From the human T2T-CHM13v2.0 reference genome, Homo sapiens, in the NCBI RefSeq assembly GCF_009914755.1, contig NC_060946.1: 64,000 nt of DNA; one strand, given 5' to 3'. The translations under genes and the position numbers were made by a program. The notes beneath the pieces are model-generated. The model was not told the origin of the DNA, did not search any database, and saw only the letters and a program-made list of their open reading frames with translations. Shown in pieces: positions 48,801-64,000 of the stretch (its first letter is position 1; the number at the start of each line of letters is the position of its first letter).

Positions 48801-49449
48801 TAATGTTCTCAGGTGTAAACATTCAGGAAGCAAAAACAAAACAAAACCAAAGGCCAGGAGCGGTGGCTGATGCCTGTAATCCCAGCTCTTTGGGAGGTTG
48901 AGGCGGGTGGATCATGAGGTCAGGAGTTCGAGACCAGCCTGACCAACATGGTGAAACCCTATCTCTACTAAAAATACAAAAATTAGCCAGGTGTGGTGGC
49001 GCACGCCTGTAATCCCAGCTACTCAGGAGGCTGAGGCAGGAGAATTGCATGAACCCAGGAGACGGAGGTTGCAGTGAGCCGAGATCACGTCACTGCACTC
49101 CAGCCTGGGCAACAGAGCGAGACTCTGTCTAAAAAATAAAAAACAAAAACAAAAATAAATAAATAAACATTCAGGAAGCACAGGTTTCAGACTCTCCTTG
49201 CTAAGGAGCAAGACTGGTCAGAAACAGGTGCTTACTGGTGAGAGATTTTTCACAAACAGAGAACGATGAACTCTGCACGTGACGTGATGTTGAGGATGGC
49301 AGATGGGTGGATGAAGTCCGTGCCCATATAGGAAAATGGGGACATCAGATTAAAGCAAGAGGGAGGCTAACCTCAGGGGACTCTACTTATATATATGTAG
49401 AAACACTTAAGGAGACCTGGACTTTTTTTTAAAGATAAGGTCTCTTAGC

Positions 49450-53430
<3,981 letters not shown>

Positions 53431-53437
53431 AAAAAAA

Positions 53438-53612
53438 CGAGGTCTTGCTATGTTGCCCAGGCTGGAGTGCAGGGCCCATTCACAGATTGAATCATAGCGC
53501 ACTGCAGCCTCAAACCGCTGGGCTCAAGGGACAAACCGCTGGGCTCAAGGGATCTTCCCACCTCAGCCTCCCGAGTAGCTGGGATTACAGGCGCGCATTG
53601 CTGCGCCCAGCT
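53438..53612 (-). mobile_element. FAM (fossil Alu monomer) with a 21-bp internal duplication
   Basis: ATTCACAG...ATCATAGCGCACTGCAGCCTC FAM/7SL-like segment; CAAACCGCTGGGCTCAAGGGA twice. Confidence 0.7.
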
Positions 53613-54026
53613 GAGGACCTTACATTTTAAAAAGAACAGTCCAGATGTAAGAGATTTACAAAAGCAGGATATCAATTAACTAGTCCAAAATGGAAACGGC
53701 TGTTGACTATGGTGTGGGGGGCCTTCTTGAAGTCAAAGAGGAATCTGGACACACCTGGCAAACTGATGGGACCAGTCCTTTGTTGTATTGGCTGGAACGG
53801 TTGAAGGAGAGAAGGAGCCTGGCACAATGATCTCAATCTGGTTACAAAGCATGATTCCAGAGAAGAAGGTTGATTAGTAACAGCGCCTTGCTATCATTTA
53901 TTGATCTCTTACTGTGCTCCAGGCATTGGACTACACACATGCATTTGTCATCCTTTGCCATGTAACAAACTATCCAAAAATTTACCAGCTTAAAACAAGG
54001 AACTGGAGGCCAAGGCAGGCAGATCA

Positions 54027-54307
<281 letters not shown>

Positions 54308-54410
54308 TCAGGGATTCAAGAGCAGTTTAGGCCAGGCATGGTGGCTCACACCTGTAATCCCAGCACTTTGGGATCAAGAGGCCAGGAGTTTGGCCAGGCA
54401 CGGTAGCTCA

Positions 54411-54704
<294 letters not shown>

Positions 54705-55554
54705 TCAAGACTGGCCAGGGCAACAGAGCAAGACCCTATCTCTACAAAAAATTCAAAAAATAGCCCGATGTGGTAGTGTGTACTTGTAGTCCTCCGGAGG
54801 CTGAGACGGGAGATTCCTTGAGCCCAGGAGTTCAAAGGTACAGTGAGCCACGATTGTGCCACTGCACTCCAGCCTGGGTGACAGAGCAAGAGCCTGTCAC
54901 AAAAAAAAAAAAAAGTAGTTCAGAAATCATACTGTCATTTTCACAACATCCAATTGGTACAGAAGCCAGCCCTATTCAGTATGGGAGGTGACCGTACCAG
55001 GGCATGAAGCCAGGAGGTGGGGCTCATTGGCCACACTCTCATCTTGGAGGCTGCCGCCCACCACGTGTTACTTCATGATCCTGTTCAATAATCACAACAG
55101 GCTAGTAATAATTTTCCCCCTACTCAAAAGAGGGAATTTTGCTCAAGACCAAACAACTAAGAAGTGGCAGGCCTTGGATTTGAACCCCACTGTCCTTGGC
55201 TATGTTGGAGCTCTATGGTATGCAGAGGCAATACAAGCAAGGACTGATAGAAGTGTCCCCCGAACCCCATTCAACGCTGGACTCCAGGCGGCAAGACATT
55301 GTGTTTCTCTCCTCCTGCCGGGTCCCTAGGGGGACTGGCATCTTCTCTCAGACTCTCACACAGGTCAAGGGGAGCTTAGGCCCTGGGAGGGCGCCCGTTA
55401 GCAGCGGGGAGAGGAAAGAGCTGCCTCTCTCCTGTCACTCCCCATTTTGCCCCAAGATGAGGGCTGCCATTCAGAATGGGTCAGGTTCCAGGACAGTGAC
55501 TGGGTCAAATTTGCTGGAAGGCAGGGTCACTATCAGAAGACCTATCCCCTCACC

Positions 55555-55685
55555 ACACACACACCATATGTGTGCACACATGCACACACAGGTGCAAGCA
55601 CACAAGTACCCATGCACACATCACCCACATGCACGCCCACCATAACATGCACACACATGCACACACATCCATACACATGCACACT
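55555..55685. repeat. Degenerate (CA)-rich low-complexity tract
   Basis: Directly visible. Confidence 0.85.
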
Positions 55686-56541
55686 CGCCTCCTAGTCGTC
55701 TGCTTCTGAGTGACCAGATGGCTCTTTTTTTTTTTTTTCCACAAATACTTATTGAGCACCTGCTAGGTGACTGGTATTCTGCTGGATGCAAAGGACACAG
55801 GGCATGGAACAGAGAGACATGGTGTCTGCTCGTGTGGAGCCTGTGGTCATGCACCTGCTGGACAGCTGCCTTTCCGGGGGTCACTTCTGCTCCTCACATC
55901 TGCTGGGACTCATTGACTTCTTCCACATGGTGTTTGGGCACAGGCATGGGGAGGTCCCCCTAGACCTCGAGCCTAAGCCTCGAACTCTGGCCCACTTTAC
56001 AAAAGCCCAAATTAAGGAATTGATCATCCACTTAGTAATAGTTTAGAACCTTTAGAGTATGTTACAACCTGCAGAAGTTACAGAAACCCAGCCTCTCTCA
56101 ACTCTTTTAGTCACAGTGAGATGGAGCTTTCAGAAAATCAAGAGACCAAGATCAGGCCAGGCGCGGTAGCTCACACCTGTAGTCCCAGCACTTTGGGAAT
56201 CCGAGGTGGAAGGATCACTTGAGCCCAGGAGTTTGAGACCAGCCTGGGCAATATAGTGAGACCCCATCTTTCAAAAAAAAATTAGCCTAATGTGGTGGCA
56301 CATGCCTGTAATCCCAGCTATTCAGGAAGCTGAGGCAGGAAGATCGCTGGAGTCCAAGAGTTCGAGGCTGCAGTGAGCCATGATCAGACCACCGCACTCC
56401 AGCCTGGGTGACAGAGTGAGGCCCTGTCTCAAAAACAAAACAAAAGAGACCAAAATCAGTCAAATGCTTCTAACTGTTCTCTCCCTCCGTGCCTAGGGCT
56501 GTACTTTCAGACACCACTCATTGTCCTTCCTACCTTCCCAG

Positions 56542-56604
56542 GCAATTCAGGACTCGGAAGTGACATCACTCATCTGGTCTCAGGGGCAGCCCAGAAGTAT
56601 CTGA
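56542..56604 (+). CDS. KREMEN1: KREMEN1 distal alternative last coding exon (AIQDSEVTSLIWSQGQPRSI*)
   Basis: TTGTCCTTCCTACCTTCCCAG acceptor; phase 0 matches the donor at 31630; peptide matches the recalled C-terminus of the longest human KREMEN1 isoform. Confidence 0.88.
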   Translation, partial: AIQDSEVTSLIWSQGQPRSI

Positions 56605-56651
56605 CTGTAGACACAACTAGGCTCCGTGGGCATATCTGGGTGGCAATTTCA

Positions 56652-56961
<310 letters not shown>

Positions 56962-57375
56962 TCACCTACTTTGGGACCTTTGGGGGTGAGTTCCCCTTTG
57001 TCCTCTCGTGGAAACAGCACACAGCAAGCAACCACAAAACCAGAGCGGAAGGAGGGACTTCCCACCGGCATCCGGCCCCAGTGCCATGTTTTATCATCTG
57101 GAACGGTTGTGAAGCTTTGTGTGACTTGCTCAGGATCAGCAGTCACCATGGTCTAATCCCAAGAGGGACTCGTCACCCAGAGACCTCAAAAGGCCCCAGG
57201 CCTACTGTGGTTTTTTCTGAGAGGCTCCCAGAACCAAGTGGCACGTTGGTTTCCTGTGCGTCTGTGTCTTTGTGCCTGTATCTCGCTGGGGGACTTCACA
57301 GGAAGCAGGATTTGGGCATTCCTGAAGCTCCCAGCTGGACACCACTCCTGAGCGCCACATCCCATGATCACTTCA

Positions 57376-58177
<802 letters not shown>

Positions 58178-58319
58178 CTATGAAGAATTTCAAGACAGCA
58201 ACAGCAGAGCATTAAATGGAGCACAGGGACCCTCTGCCCACAAGGCCCTGGGCAGCAGCCCACAGGTCGCACGTCTGTGTTGCCGCCCCTATGGGTCCCT
58301 CCGAAACTATGCCCCAAGG

Positions 58320-59184
<865 letters not shown>

Positions 59185-59672
59185 CTATCTAGGCAACCAG
59201 TGTCCTGGCTGAGCCAGGTGAGGACTGTTGCTGGCTTGGCTCTCTGAGGGCTCCAGGAAGGCAGGGCTGGGTCTGAACATAATCTCTGGATTCCCCCACC
59301 TGGTCCAGTGCTGGGAACACATCAGGGGCCCCATGGCATGGGTTGAGGGTGTTAATTAGTCCGATACTGAGATCTCATAGAGGCCACAGGTGGGCCTGCT
59401 CTGGGGCCTTACACAGGGTATGGCAAGGAACACCAGTGGTGAGTGCTGGCCCTGCTGAGACCCAAGCACCCCCAACCTGGACTCCCTGAGCCTCAGGGAA
59501 GACTCAAGGGGAGCAGCAGGGTGGACAGGCTGAGCTGGGGAGAAGGGGTGGCTGGGGAGTGTGGAGGGGTCCAGGCCAGAAAGGGAGGCCCCTTGCAGAG
59601 GAAAGGTGATGAGGGGTGGAAGGAGAGAGTGTGGTCTGCAGAAACCTCAGAGGTCCTGGCATGGGAGATTTA

Positions 59673-59906
<234 letters not shown>

Positions 59907-60139
59907 TTAATTCCCTGGGCATTGTGGTTAATTCGCTGGGCACAGCTGTAGTCTTAGCTACCCAGGAGGCTGAGGCAAGAGGATTGCTCGAGTCCAGTTC
60001 CAGGCTGCAGTGAGCTATGATTGTGCCACTGTACATCAGCCTGGGTAACAGAGCAAGACCCTGTCTCTAAAACAAAGAAGAAATGTACATCCAATGTGAG
60101 GAGGAAAGCCTTTGGTCATCTGAGGAGAACCAGGGTTGA

Positions 60140-60930
<791 letters not shown>

Positions 60931-62011
60931 AGAGAATCCCGGTCACCCGTGGCTGTCTTCCCGCCCCTCCTGAGTGGCTCTGCGGCCTTCTATGGTGCAG
61001 TGGCTGTGGGCAGAGTCCCTGATTCTGACCCCTCCACAGCGTCACCCCTGGGCCTCTGGAGCAGGGGTAGATGGGGCTCCTTTTCCCTTTGGGGTTCACC
61101 TTCCAGTTGAGGTCCTTGAGGGTTTTGGGGGGGACCTCTCCGTGGATGACCTCCCTCCCCACGTACCTGGAATGCTTATCAATTTGTTCACAACTGTTCC
61201 ATGCGCCCTCCCCAAGTCTAACCTGGGCCAAGCCTGGAGGGATATTAGGGGCCCAGTAGGGACAAGCCTAGGAGACCCGAGTGACTACAGAGGCCCTCAA
61301 CCCACCCCAGAAATTCAGGGGATGCCCAGGAATGACCCCTGGGCAGGGGACGGGGAGAGGGAGCGGAGGCACAGAACGTGCTCAGGTTCACAGGCCAGAG
61401 ATGCTGGCTGGTTTGAGGAGCCAAGCAGTGCTCGTCTGCCTGGAGCTTGGGGTGCAAGTGGGGATGTGGCAAGAGATGAGGCTGGAGGGCTCAGCAGCAG
61501 CAGGCACGCTGGACGTTTGCCACGAGGGCAATGGGGAGCCACGAGGAGGTGAGGCAGGAGGCAGCCCTGCCAGATTGCCATCGCATTTATTCCCAGAGGT
61601 TGTGGCTGGGAAGTGGACTGGGAGGGACAGGGCTGAAGGCTTGAGACCAGCAAGGGAGCTTTGCAGTCACGGAGATGGGAGGTGTCGGTGGCTTGGACCA
61701 GGAGTGGAGTTGGGTAGAGAAGGAGTAAGTTTGAGAGGTGTTTTGGAAGGAATGCTGGTGGAATTTCCTATGGTTTGGGTGGGGAGGTGGGTGGTCTGTG
61801 AAGGAGAACAAGGGCTTGGGCACCAGGGAAGGGTGGGGCAGACGCGGGTGGTGGTACAGGTTTAGGTGGAAGGTCACAGGTTTGGTTGTGAACATATTGA
61901 GTTCACGGACCTGCAACACAGAGGGACCCAAGCAGGATTCGCACTCAGCCCTGCTGCAGACCCAGCTCTTTGGGCTGCTGCCCACACGGCTATAGAACAG
62001 CAGAGGCACTC

Positions 62012-62150
62012 ACCTGGCCATGCCCTGTGCTGCCCTCAAGCTGTGACCCGGCCTGGGTTCCCTGGGCATCAAGCAGGGATCTGACCTGGCCATGCTCTGT
62101 GCTGCCCTCAAGCTGCGACCTGGCCTGGGTTCCCTGGGCATCAAGCAGGG
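62012..62150. repeat. Two-copy tandem duplication, 72-bp period
   Basis: 62012-62078 vs 62084-62150; 67 bp with 3 mismatches. Confidence 0.95.
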
Positions 62151-62199
62151 GAGGCTGTTCAAGAAAATCCCCCAGGCCCACTCACTTTGATAGCCCAGA

Positions 62200-63750
<1,551 letters not shown>

Positions 63751-64000
63751 GATTGGCTGACCCCAAACATTGAAGGAATAAATGGTAGCAATTTTTTTAA
63801 GACAGGGTCTCTCTGTATTGTCCAGATTGGACTCAAACTCCTGGGCTCATATGATCCCCACACCTTAGCCTCCCAAGTAGCCAAGAATACCAATTTTACA
63901 CAAACTTCCAGAAAATTGAACTGGGAGAAACATTTCCTAATTTATTCATTCTATGAGGCCAGTATTTTATTGATACCAAAACCAGACCACAGTATTATAA

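Noticed and set aside
56590-56604. PDZ-binding motif at the distal C-terminus (PRSI)
   Set aside because: Position -2 is Arg, which does not fit class I/II consensus

Overview
Human (primate) genomic DNA, very Alu-rich, containing the 3' two-thirds of KREMEN1 (Dickkopf/LRP6 co-receptor and enterovirus-A receptor) on the + strand. The kringle exons lie upstream of the window. Coding exons read from the sequence, all with GT-AG boundaries and consistent phases (exon numbers from recalled gene structure): 10910-11034 and 14815-14968 (WSC domain), 26870-27202 (CUB), 28152-28310/28361 (stalk, two donors), 29810-29894 (TM) and 31474-31642 (cytoplasmic tail ...DRNPLVSD*). A ~4.7 kb 3'UTR follows, to ~36350. 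A distal alternative last exon at 56542 (AIQDSEVTSLIWSQGQPRSI*) is reached from a donor inside the last coding exon. The rest is repeats: Alu, L1, MaLR/ERV LTRs, DNA transposons, a U6 retrocopy and a ~3 kb purine-rich minisatellite grown inside an MLT1D LTR. I see no evidence of a wholly new gene system. Best leads: (1) the tail splice choice cuts the DxxxLV endocytic motif and supplies a canonical ExxxLI; (2) an intact MER41B-type LTR with tandem STAT1 GAS sites; (3) a candidate in-frame 42-nt cassette exon in a CpG-rich patch; (4) the minisatellite carries ~100 copies of the neighbouring exon's donor sequence; (5) a UG-repeat-flanked cryptic acceptor that would give a tail-less receptor. Repeat subfamily names come from recalled consensus sequences, and repeat boundaries are approximate.
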